From: the human T2T-CHM13v2.0 reference genome, Homo sapiens
NCBI RefSeq assembly: GCF_009914755.1
Contig: NC_060934.1
Direction: 5' to 3' (one strand)
DNA length: 64,000 nt
The notes below the pieces were generated by a model that did no database searches, was not told the DNA's origin, and worked only from the letters and a program-made list of their open reading frames with translations. This document shows, piece after piece, positions 50,630 through 64,000 of this stretch. Positions within the stretch are counted from its first letter, which is position 1, and each line of letters opens with the position of its first letter. Made by a program: the position numbers and the translations under genes.

Positions 50630-50942
50630 AGCCAGGCGCAGTGATTCACGCCTGTAATCCCAGCACTCTAGGAGGCTGAGGTGGGAGGATCACTTGAGCT
50701 CATGAGTTCAAGACCAGCCTGGGCAATAAGGTGAAACCCTGTCTCTACAACAAATACAAAAATTAGCTGGGCATGGTGGTGTGCGCCTATAGTCCCAGCT
50801 ACTCAGGAAGCCAAGATGGGAGAATGGCTTGAGCCCGGGAGGTCAAGGCTGCAGTAAGCTGTGATTGCACCACTGCACTGCAGCTTGGGCAACAGAGCCA
50901 GACTCCATCTCAAAAAAAAGAAAGAAAAAGAAAAGGAAAAAC
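50630..50942 (+). mobile_element. Alu (J-like)
   Basis: Full dimer. Confidence 0.92.
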
Positions 50943-51461
50943 AAGGGTGACATTAGGAATGGTGGGTGGGTGAGCTTATCTTGCATTTTCATACCGATTA
51001 TTGTTGCTGAGTTTGTCATTGTTGTTATTTTATTAAGATGCCCTTCTGAGAACAAGGAGGGCCAGAAATTACTTGATTTGAAACTCTTTCCTTCAAATCA
51101 TTCAAGTCTAGCTCTAGAACAGCTATGATCTATCCGGTATCAACAGACATTTTATATACGTGCTTGTCTGCCATCTGGACTTTTAGACTCACAGGAAATT
51201 CTCCTCTGTGACGACTCAGTGTTTCCCTGCTTTCTGTTCATGTGAAAACCATCAAGTAGTGAGCATTGAATGACTGGATTTGGCAGAGCCTTCTCCGCTC
51301 TCCCTGGATGATTGTAATCAAGTCAGCCCCTTCCCCTCTGCATGAGGTCTTCTTCTCACGAGAGGAGAGGCGTGGGCCCCCACAGCTCTGAAGGTGTGGC
51401 ACGCTGCACCTTATGATGTCCCGGGATGCAGCCACAGACTTCATACAGTGAACGCCTAGGT

Positions 51462-51776
51462 TTACTATTATTATTATTATTATTATTACTATTAGAGACA
51501 GGGTCTCACTCTGTCACCCAGGTTGGAGTATAGTAGCATGATCAAAGCTCACCGCAGCCTCAAATTTCTGGGCTCAAGTAATCCTCCCTTCTCAGCCTTC
51601 TGAGTAGCTAGGGCTACAGGTGTGTACCATCATGCCCAGCTAATTTAAGATTTTTTTTGTAGAGATGGAGTCTCGCTGTGTTGCCCAGGTAGGTCTCTAA
51701 CTCTTGGTCTCAAGCAGTCCTCCTGCCTCAGCCTCCCAAAATGCTGGGATTACAGGTGTGAGCCACCGTTCCTGGG
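51462..51776 (-). mobile_element. Alu (J-like) with (TTA)n tail
   Basis: Reverse dimer. Confidence 0.92.
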
Positions 51777-51979
51777 AACAGCTAGTTTTATGTTTATTCG
51801 TCCCATCATTGTTTAAGAGCCCTTTGTGGGTTGGGGCTTTGAAGAGGTCAGAATCGTCGTTGGCGTCTCCTGGCCTCCAGCGAGTGGTGGGCCGGCCATG
51901 TGCCCCTCACAAGAGCTGTTCTCCAGGTGCTCAGCATGTGCCTGCATTGTATGTCAGCTGTGATTTGCCCTCAGTGTAC

Positions 51980-52385
51980 ATTTTATTGTAGATTGCACTG
52001 AAATATACATACCATGACATTTACCATTTCCACCATGTTTAAGTGAACAGTTCGGTAACATTTAGGTGCATTCGCTCACAGAGTGTGCAGCCATCACCAC
52101 CATCCCTCTCCAGAACTTCTTCGTCATTCCAAACTGAAACTCTACCTATTCAACAACTCCCCAACTTTCCTTCTGCCCAGCCCCTGATAAACTCCCTTCT
52201 ACTATCGGTCTCTGAATGTGACCATTCTAGAAACCTCATATAAGTGGGATTGTACAGTATTTGTCCTTTGGTGACTGGCTTATTTCACTTAGCATAATGT
52301 CTTCAAGGTTCCTCTACATTGTAGCAAGCATCAGAATTTCCTTCCTTTTTAAGGCTGAATAATATTCCATTGTATGTATATTTCA
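51980..52385 (-). mobile_element. L1MB-like 3' end
   Basis: GGCTTATTTCACTTAGCATAATGTCTTCAAGGTT...GCTGAATAATATTCCATTG. Confidence 0.85.
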
Positions 52386-53286
52386 GTGTGTACTTTAAAC
52401 AGAACTGACCTATGTCTTTTTTTCTGACAATCAGTTCTCCACCCTTTCTTCCTCTGAGGTACCTGCATTTTTCTCCCCAAGAATCATTAGTCATAGATTT
52501 GGAATGAACCAGAAACTAAAACGATTGGAGATAATTTCATTACAAATGTTAACATTACTCTTTTGAACATTTATTTTAAAGACACTAATAAAGTCTTTTA
52601 GGTGATTGCAATAAGCCTTTTCTTTGAAAAAGAATTCTGAAGTATAGAAAGGCTGGCACCGTTTTCTTTCAACGCATCTGATAAAGAAAAAATAGTTGTG
52701 ACTTGTAATATTTCTTATTAAATGTACTTTTGCCTTTTCATCTCTACCTACGTGGTCTGTTTTAAATTACCTTATGCAGTGATGTAACGCAACATTTTAT
52801 TTGCAGGCTTGTCCAAAATATTACCACTAACCAAAATTCACAGAGCATTTCACAGTGCACGCAGGAGGAGAATTAGACTAAAATGAGGAATCTGGAAAGT
52901 CTGACCGACCAGTGAGATGTGATCAAAGAGAAATGAAAGGGCCTAAGTGGGCTTTCCATGGGGGATTGCCTCAGGTCAGGCAGTTCTGCCTCCGATTAAG
53001 GATCTACACACATAAAGAAAATTCAACAAAGAAAATGAGAATACCATTTATGGCTGTTGCTAGTGTACAAAATTCTCCTTTACTGGGCTATGAAAATATA
53101 TCCTTCACTTTGGAATTTCAGTCCAGCTGTGGTCTTTAGTGGCGTATAGTAGATTTCATTAAACTCACTTCCATGGCACTTTTTAATTTTGGAAGTGTAT
53201 CAGTAACTCACAACAGTATGTACTCAGACAACTGCAGGTCGTAATATCACACTCCCCTGTACTGTCCACTTAAATTCCAGCTCATA

Positions 53287-53931
<645 letters not shown>

Positions 53932-55257
53932 TTCCAGCTCATTTTTCTGTAGACTGGGAGTGCTTTCATTGATGTTCGGTGAGCACAACGAGGTAACATG
54001 AGGTGACATCGTACAGACCTCTGCAGGAGAGTGTAGTGCACCTGAATCTCTTTTCAATACAGAGTTCCTTGCACAGATTAAATAATGCAGTCCATTTTCA
54101 AAGTGCTTCCATATATGTTCTTTCACTTTATCCTGGCCTCACCATCCTATTTTCCTCTTTGATTTTTTTTTTTTATTTTATTGTGGCTGGTCCTATTGCC
54201 TTCATCTTCATTTGTATTTAATTGTTTTGCTAATTACAGAAGGAAATCGTGCATATGGTGGATACTTTGGAAAATAGAGAAGGAAAAACATGAACAGAGT
54301 TATCTCTGAATTATAAGAAAATTAATGCTTGCTCTATCTCCTGTCATTCTGATTAGGTGTGTGTGTATCTCTAATGTAACATTAAGAATTTTCAAATCAG
54401 TAATGGAGCTTCAACCCTAGTTTGCTTCTGTAATTTATTTACGCAGTCTTCTATATGCACCCCCATGTAGACTAGTTCTAATTTTATAAATTTATAAACA
54501 AAACCATGTTAAACATCCTTGAGTTCATTCATAGTAATTTCCTTGTGTGCATTTCCAGAAATAGAATTAATGAGTCATTGCTTCCTACACACTTCATAGT
54601 AGCCATGTCCACATCTTATCCCTCTCCAATAACGTGGGAGAATTAGGAAGAAAAGGAAAAATAATAATCAATTGCTTCTTTTTATACACAACACCCACAC
54701 CCCACCAGGGACACTGACTTCTCTCTGAGCCTTATGGCCTTAGCTATGCCCTAGTTACTCATATCTGTGGGCGGCCCTGGTTTTGAGCAATGTCTGTGGG
54801 ATCAAAACTAGACCTAGAAATCATAAGGTTTATGAAAGACAACTGCAGCTGGCCTGACGGCTCCTTCTGGGGTCAGGCTGGCCCCTTTACCAGAGACATC
54901 CATGTGGGCCAGGGCTGGGAGGCCCTATGACCTCAATCCAGGACAAGTTTACAACAATGGCCCCGGTTCTCTTGTGCTCAGGCTGATCAGGAATGTGGGA
55001 GTTGTCCTGGGGAGAGTCAGAGCATGTGGATTTTCAGCCTGGCACTTCCACGCCACAAGCTTTGTGACCTTGAGTATTCTACAGGAGTCATCTAACATTT
55101 CATTACATGAAGACCAGGTGATCAGAAAGGCCCCTTCGGCTCCAGTCTTCCCAGGGTCCACCTGGGCCTGATTCACTTGTTCCAGTGATACCACTGTGGG
55201 GTGTCAGCATTGCAATGGCTCACTCATAGATCCTTCAGGTCTCCTCCAGCCACCACC

Positions 55258-55370
55258 CATGAACTATGACACGACATGGCACATACCATGGCCCGATGTC
55301 ATGTGTACCATGGCATAGTGTGATGTGTACCATGACATGACCATGTTCCATGACATGCTATGACAGTGAC
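55258..55370. repeat. Degenerate CATG-rich ~5-mer tandem repeat
   Basis: Repeated CATGA/CATGG/CATGT units. Confidence 0.7.
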
Positions 55371-56175
55371 CTCCCTCAGCCTCTCCCAGGCACACGGTTT
55401 TACCTCTTCTCCTAAAGCAGGTTCGCATGCCCATCTAAAGGCAACTTCAATATTTGCTTTTACTTCTCTTTAGTTAAAGATGAAAACCTTAAAAATATCC
55501 GCTAAAATATTGTACTTCCATAAAGCATTGCCCCTGAGTAAGATTAGTGCTTCTCAGTGGACACAGCAGCAGGGAAGTTTGTGCGTTCATGCTGAGCTGG
55601 TAGCTGTGTGATGCTATTGAAAAGGGAATACACCACCATCAGCGCTCAGTTAAAACGTCTTCTCCCTGAAATTTAAGAAAGCCACAATCACAACTTAGAA
55701 TTCCTCTGCAAATAAATATGTTAACCTATGGAATGATGTAAGGAAATGTTTGGGTATTTTGTAGCTCCCCTGTGTGAATGAGCTAGCCTAAAACAATGAT
55801 GATAATAATAATTTTTGAATGTCAAGTGGAAAAACTAAAAATAATAATAATTCATTATAATTATTGGAGAGTAAAGGAAAAATTTTCACAGATACTTTCT
55901 ATTAACATAAAATATAGATTTTTCTTCACAGTCTTATTTGGTTTCATATGGATAGGATGCTTAAATAATAGATTAAATTTTATATCCATAATTTCATAAA
56001 AAATGTTATGCTTTTTCCTTTCAACAATTAAGTCATATTTAAGTCAGTTTGCTTTGTATCATAATCCATAGGTGAAGCAAAGAATTCTAATAAGACTTTG
56101 TTACCAACTTAAAGAGAATATCCAACATTTTTAAAAATTCTGTAGTAGAATTTCATTTAAAATTTTTAAAATATT

Positions 56176-56362
56176 GGAAGGGAGGGAGGAGGGCAAGGGC
56201 TGAGAAACTAACGATTGGGTACTATGCTCCGTCCTGGGGTGACAGGATCCATTGCATCCTAAACCTCAGTATCACTTAATGTACCCATGTAACAAATCTG
56301 CAGCACATACCCTCAAATCTAAAATAAATGTTGAAAAGAAAAAGAAAAGAAAAAAAGGAAAA
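56176..56362 (+). mobile_element. L1 3'UTR end (L1PB/late L1PA-like)
   Basis: ATTGGGTACTATGCT...TACCCATGTAACAAATCTGCA...A-tail. Confidence 0.8.
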
Positions 56363-56474
56363 GCAAGTGACAGAACAATTTGAAAAGAAAATTTAGAATA
56401 GACTTATTCTTTAATAATAATACAAAATCAACATTTAGATTCTTTTAGGATGACTGTAATTGACTATTCTATAG

Positions 56475-57022
<548 letters not shown>

Positions 57023-57798
57023 TGACCTTACTATCAAGTTTCTAATTTAGTTATCCATGGTACTGACATTGTTCCTTGCTGAATTTTTTTTAACTATCCT
57101 ATTTGCCATACTTTTTCCTGACCTTGTGACTATAATGTAATGAGGAGTTTAGAGAAAAATACCAAATGCTATCACTGACACCTCTTGTACCCAGGGTTGA
57201 TGTACCTTGTGTTTATGTGTCTTTATTAATTCAGCATATAATTCTTCATTTTCACCTTAAGTGTGTTTGTATTTTACAAATTAGTCTAAGTCCACCTGGT
57301 TTGAACACACGATACTAACTCCACACACCCATTTTAGAAGGAGATATCTAGTTTTTAGAAGAGATTATCTTGTGATTTCCTGTGGTCATTCAGCAAACAT
57401 TTCCTGCAGCCCTACTGTGCACCAGGTACAGTGTCCAGAACTAAAGATACAAAGACAAACTCAGAGTCCCTGCTCCTAGGTGGGGTGTGGTGAATCACAG
57501 TCTTGATCCCACCTCCCCAAGATCCCATAGCTCCATCACCAAACAGTTGTCTATCCAGGAGCCAGTTACCTTTCTAGCCCTATTTCCTTAGCTTGCAAAT
57601 GAGATTATTTCCCTTGGTTTTCTTGAATGTTCCATTTCTCTGTAAATATGGTCAGTCTGTAATTATTGCGAATTTTTCTTGGAATTGCATGAGCATTGCT
57701 TGGGCCCACCGACTACATATTGTGGTTAAAATTAAACAGGGGGCGGTCTAACAGGTGAAGCTTAACTTAATGGCTTCTGCCTCAAATTAAAATTTTGG

Positions 57799-58096
<298 letters not shown>

Positions 58097-58686
58097 TTGG
58101 AATCTCTAGTAATATCTGCCTTTCTTTTCCCACAGTTTCACTCATATGTTGTTCATAAATCTTAAGTATGGGTTTTTGGCTCTCTGTTAGGAAAATACTT
58201 CATTTAACTCAGCCAAAGCCAGACTTGGAGCAGCCTGGAAATACTCAAGCGTCTCTTCTTCCCAACACACGAGGCTCTCTGTAGGTTTTTCTTTGTATGT
58301 GTGTCCGTAGGGAGAGGAAGTTGTATCTGACTCCTCCGAAGATGGTTAGGTTGCAGCACTGTCTCCTTAGCCGGAGCAAATGCTGGGATGCGCCATGGCT
58401 TTGCCTTGGTCATCTACATCACCCACGTCCCATCACTGGGCTCCAGTCTGTTGCAGCGCCTCCAGGCTTAATTTCTGTTCATAATCTGATTATGGGGTCT
58501 GAGCTATTCCAGCCAGTGGCCTCTTGCTTCTCCTGTTCCATAGGCACAAAGATACAAGTGCCTGGTCGCTCTAGTCCTGCACTGTGAAAAATCTCAACCC
58601 AGTTTTGCTTAGACCAGACAAAGGTGGTAGCTGGCTGAGAATTAGCTGTAGAGCAGGCTGTGTGACCGAGCCGTCTGTGTGCAGCC

Positions 58687-58747
58687 ATGTTCAGAAGCCC
58701 AGGGTTTTCCAGCTATTTGGGAGCTTTCAAATTCTCTGAGAAACAAG
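58687..58747 (+). pseudogene. Candidate exon A 3' part with ATG (MFRSPGFSSYLGAFKFSEKQ); putative SVIL-paralogous alternative first exon
   Basis: GCCATG start, 61 nt open, donor CAAG|GTAATG. Stays in frame when joined to 60366-60423. Identity is inferred. Confidence 0.35.
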
Positions 58748-59604
58748 GTAATGCAAGAGAAATATGAAATGCATATGTATGGATTTTATAACATAATGAA
58801 TGCTTGGGGTCCTCTATTTTGCCCTGTGTATTCTCCTGTGTCCAGTTACTTATACACGTTTCTCAAAAGACACTTTAAATATCTAACTGAGCTTATTTGT
58901 GATTGTTGATAATGTGAATTTTTTTCCTTTAGTAAGTTAAAGTTACTACTAAACCACTGAAACCTTTTTGTAGGAAAAATTGCAAATGCAGTTGGAATGC
59001 CCACACTTTGGATCAAATTCTAGTTGTGCTGCACTTTAGCTAAAATAGTTTTCTAAATCAAATGCTATACATACTAAATTATTTCCAGTAGGCAGTGGTG
59101 AGTAGCGTCTTTTTATTAATTCTTCATGTGAGACAGTTTGGAACAAGATACTGTCTTTTCAGTGGCTTTCTTCCAGCACAGAGGAAAATACATGCTTTCA
59201 ATGTAACTACTGAAGTGGTGTGGCATGTTCAGTTCACTGATTGAACAAAAATGAAACGCTAAGGTTATTTTGAGTATCATATTTGAAACTCAGCCATTAT
59301 ACATCAGAACTGCTTTCCAGCTCAAATGCACTATTGGGAAGTGACTTGAACAATTCGGACCTCAGATTCAGGAATTTTCTCCTACAGCACTTGAAAGCTT
59401 TCTGAATTGATTTCTCTTTGGCTAAATACATAACAAGATACTTGTATAATTAGGAGAAAAGCTTAGATGTTTTACTGGCATTATACTTCTCATTTTACTG
59501 TATTTCTTTAGTTGGCCACAGTTCCAAATTCCAAGATCGAGGCTGTATTTTGATGGATAATAAAGCGTCGACGTCTGATATATTTTGTACTTCTTTTTCT
59601 TCAG

Positions 59605-59661
59605 GCTTCTGCCTGTAACTATTGAACAGCCAAAGGCACTTCCTTAGGGGAAGGAGTTTCT
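59605..59661 (+). pseudogene. Candidate 57-nt exon B, SVIL 5'-exon-like
   Basis: Strong acceptor TTTTGTACTTCTTTTTCTTCAG| and consensus donor |GTAAGT, in non-repeat DNA. Confidence 0.5.
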
Positions 59662-60365
59662 GTAAGTGGTCTATTTGTGGTTTTCTTAGTGGGCAAATTG
59701 TTCCTATGGATGTAAAACAGATTACATGCCATTAGACTGCTTATAAATTTTGTCTGTGGTTTTGATTAACCTGTTCACTTGGGATGTGTTTTTCCTGTAT
59801 AGAATTGTTACCAGCTTTCTTTACATAATATACGTTGTCTTCAAAAATAAATAAATGGTTATTTTTATTGGTTGTTATTGTTTGATTTTAATGAAAGCAA
59901 AAGACACAGCTGAGTTGTTTTTTGGTCTTCAGTCCCCACTCCCATGCTTTAAAGGCATCTCAAACATTCCTAGTTACCATGACCAAAATTTCCTATTTTC
60001 TCCTTTATTCCTGAGTATGGAACTATTCAGTACTTAATTGCTTTGAGGTATTCTTGTTGCCAGGACAAATTCAAATGATAGCATTGAACTATGTGTGAAT
60101 TATTATTATTTGTGTTATTATTAGTTTTACCCATTTAGTAAAGTTGGCTACTTTTGAGAAGAGGAAAAAAAAACTTGCCTATGTAAATTTCCATGTGGAA
60201 TTTGATTCTTGGAAGGTGTCATTTTTGTATTTCTAGTTTTTATCTGGTTAATGGTTTCCTTTTTCCTAAATTGTATGTTCAGAGAGAGTTTGGGGAATTT
60301 TTTCTCATTGGATTTTTAACATTTTGTGTAACTATTTCAATGTTATATTATTTCTTTTCCCTTAG

Positions 60366-60423
60366 ATTTCAACAATAAAAACTTAAGCTTCATTGGATTC
60401 CCATGTCAAAGGAAAGTTTCAAG
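60366..60423 (+). pseudogene. Candidate 58-nt exon C, SVIL 5'-exon-like, donor apparently mutated (AAG|ATAAAG)
   Basis: Acceptor TTTCTTTTCCCTTAG|. Sequence resembles my recollection of the SVIL mRNA leader. An SVIL pseudogene is recalled as neighbouring LYZL2 on 10p11. Confidence 0.5.
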
Positions 60424-60764
60424 ATAAAGTAGCCTTGTCTCAAGGACTGTTAAATTTTGAAGATTTGTCGTAGCTTTTAAAATTATTCTCTTGAATATCT
60501 AACTCTTAAGTTTCAATGTTTGGCAATATGTTTTCTCCCTAGAATTTGATTTATTAAAATGTATGAAGCAAAGAATTCTTTTTGTATTTAATTCGGTTTA
60601 CGGAAGTGATTTGGAGAACAGAATCTTGGTGTCTCTTGTCATTGCAAACTTTTAAAGGGCTATTATCTTTTCTTTCTCACACCTGCCTCTAAGCAGGCAC
60701 TATCCTTTTGCAATCTGTCCATCAAAGAAGGGAGCTAGATTCTTTGCAGAAATGGTTTAGACTT

Positions 60765-60905
60765 GTTCCTCCTCCCTTTCTCCTTCCCTCCCTCCTTCTT
60801 TTCCCTCCTCCCTCCCTCCCTTTCTCCATCCACTCATCCATCCATCCATCCACCCATCCATCCATCCATCCACCCATCCATCCATCCATCCACCCATCCA
60901 TCCAT
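60765..60905. repeat. CT-rich tract plus (TCCA)n microsatellite
   Basis: Read directly. Confidence 0.93.
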
Positions 60906-62155
60906 GTGAGTTCTTGTTCCCTGGTTTTCCCAACTCAATCTTTCTGTACTTCCAGTCCCCTTGGCTGCAGAATATTATGGGTGCTAATTTGATTTGCCTA
61001 ATGTGCTAAAACTCCATGACACATCATCATAGATGTGAGGAAGTGTGGAAATGAATGCCTGTGCCATACACAGTAGCTGTATCTCAGGTGCTTCTTAGTA
61101 GATCACTGTCATTAATGGAGTTTGATATTTTCAAATGGAGGCACAAAGTTGTCCCCTACACAGTCAGGCAAAGATCTCAATCTGTGCTTCATTATAGCGG
61201 AAGGACCCAGCCCCCATTTCCACACAGTTGCTCTTGTGCCTAAGGTATTATGACATTGTTCCTTGACCAAAAAGGGTTTGCATTTCAACAACATTAGGAT
61301 AGACAGGGGTCTAACTCCTGTCCTCCTCAGGCTGAGCCTGCTTTGCATTTGAAAATGGCAGTTGATCTTGTAAACACACTGGATGGGACAAATCCTTGGT
61401 GTATTTCCTCCACATCTTTTAAGTGTTTATGCTTTAATTTTTACACACAATATCATCAAGCGGCACATCTAAGTACAAGGTTAATTAGAGCAATGATGAT
61501 CCAGGGTCATCAGTGAGGTTGTCTTAACTGACTCACGAAATGTTACTTTTTTAATGGGATGCATCCGTATTTCTCATCTTGGCCGTGTTTTAATAGGATC
61601 TGAGGCTTGGTTTCTAATATGTCCCTAGCAGGTTGGTTTAACTGTCATGGAGCTAATAAGTGACTAAGGGAAAAAGAGACAGGAAGGCATTCCTCATTCA
61701 AGGACAGGAAAAGCATGCAATATGAAAGTCACACACGTCAGTGGACAGAGACTCAAAGAGACACAGCTATTCTCAAATCATGGACAGTATGTCATGCATA
61801 CCTATTAAAATGACAGCCTGTGTGCCATGGTGCTAAGTGTGAAATGGGCTGGAGGTACAAGAGCCTGCTTCCTTAAAAAAAATCTGGTCAACCAGACACC
61901 AGCTAAAAGAGACGAAAATATGAGCTAATGGGGCTTCGTCTCCCATATCTTCTAATTTAAATTTCAGTAGTGGAATGAGCAGATTGTGGAGGTGGGTGCT
62001 GGACAGTCCCTGTGTGGGTCCTGGATAGCCCTTGTAATAATATTCCACATTGTAAAAAACAGAGATGATAACAGCAGAGTATCCTGCTCTCCCTTTAATA
62101 AAATTCCCCCGTGTTGCTATGGGTAGTGATTTAAGTAGGTTAATTGAACACATAA

Positions 62156-62446
<291 letters not shown>

Positions 62447-63121
62447 ATGGGACACATTTTAAAGAAAAATTGCCACGGAAGCGGGGGCATTCTCTTAGAT
62501 TATTGAAGCAGAGGAAGGGGGGTGGTGGCACAATCAGTCCTAAAGAACGAGCACTGTTTCAGGGGAGACAAAGAGAGTTGGATCAAAATCTGAAAGATGT
62601 TTCTCACTGTTAGAAAGTTAAAATCAAAATACAGAAAATGAAGTGGATAGCATTTACTTTAGTATCTATGGAGAGATGCTTCCCTACTGAAACATAGGCT
62701 CTTACTTTGGGTTGAGCTGTAGTGAGACACCAAGGCCTGCAGAGATTATCCATGCAGACACCCCTTTGTCCCTCGGGAGGTTGAGGTTGGGGGGTGACTG
62801 AGGAGGAAGGGCAGGATCCAGCATCCGAGAGCTCCCTGCTTTTGGGGTCACCAGTTGTGTGCGTTAGTAATGGGCCCTACCAGTCTCCTGCTGGGGGGCC
62901 TCTGAGTCAGAAGAAGCAGAGAGGAGAGGAGAGTCCAGACCCTCACAGGTGCTTGTGTTTCATCAGCGTCAGATGAGCCAAAAGAGGTGCTCACTGATGA
63001 ACCGTCCTGAATTTTATGAGCGCGTCTTACCTGTAATTTCACTGATGATCAGTGCCCTCAGGTAAAGAAAGTTCAGGGAAGAAACATTATTTAAAAAAAA
63101 AAAAAGAAAGAAAGAAACTTG

Positions 63122-63568
<447 letters not shown>

Positions 63569-64000
63569 TCATTTAGCGGGAGCAGGGGAGAGAGGCAGCG
63601 GAGACAGGACCAGAGGGTGATGACAGCCGTGTGGACTCAGTAATAAATGTTTACCTGGAAGCTGCAGATTCTAAAATCAATACTTTATAAATATGTACAA
63701 TTATGCCAGTTTTTCACACATGTATGCAAGGTGAGCAAAGGTACTAAAGAATGAGGTGTTCCAAATTATGTCCTGTCCAAAGATGAAAGAAGGAAAGAAA
63801 GGAAGAAAGGAAAGGAGGGAGGGTGAGAAGGAAGGGAGGGAGGAGGAGCTTATGACTAATGTTATTGACTGTATGCTTTTCTAGTTATTCTTAATGTTTG
63901 TAATGATTTTACCTCTGGCCATCACATCAACTTTGCAAAAAAGGTACACAAAAAATACTTCAGGGTATTCATTTGAAGTGTTTTGTAGTAGTCATTCATT

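Noticed and set aside
60825-60905. Regular short repeats as a possible CRISPR-like array
   Set aside because: Simple (TCCA)n microsatellite with no unique spacers, in a eukaryotic context.

Overview
Primate genomic DNA, almost certainly human, very rich in repeats (dozens of Alus, L1 of several ages, L2/MIR, LTRs, DNA transposons). One complete protein-coding gene can be built by hand on the minus strand: a five-exon c-type lysozyme-like gene. Its CDS parts are 32613-32725, 29797-29960, 29125-29283, 15843-15921 and 14976-15045, all introns are GT-AG, and AATAAA lies at 14828-14833. It encodes a 148-aa secreted precursor (194 aa from an upstream in-frame ATG). The residues ALVTDD / CAKK / LSDWKKDC match my recollection of LYZL2 rather than its near-identical paralog LYZL1. 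Near 58.7-60.4 kb on the plus strand there are three splice-signal-flanked exon candidates that I recall as resembling supervillin (SVIL) 5' exons, one with a broken donor. This suggests the start of a duplicated SVIL pseudogene lying head-to-head with LYZL2. Other notable structure: a local inverted duplication in LYZL2 intron 3, a uORF plus alternative acceptor around the two LYZL2 start codons, an Alu inserted next to the LYZL2 polyadenylation site, and an Alu-L1 fusion. I found no CRISPR array, no rRNA or tRNA gene, and nothing that amounts to a proven new biological system. Gene names and repeat subfamilies come from memory, not database searches, and repeat boundaries are approximate unless a target-site duplication (TSD) is quoted.
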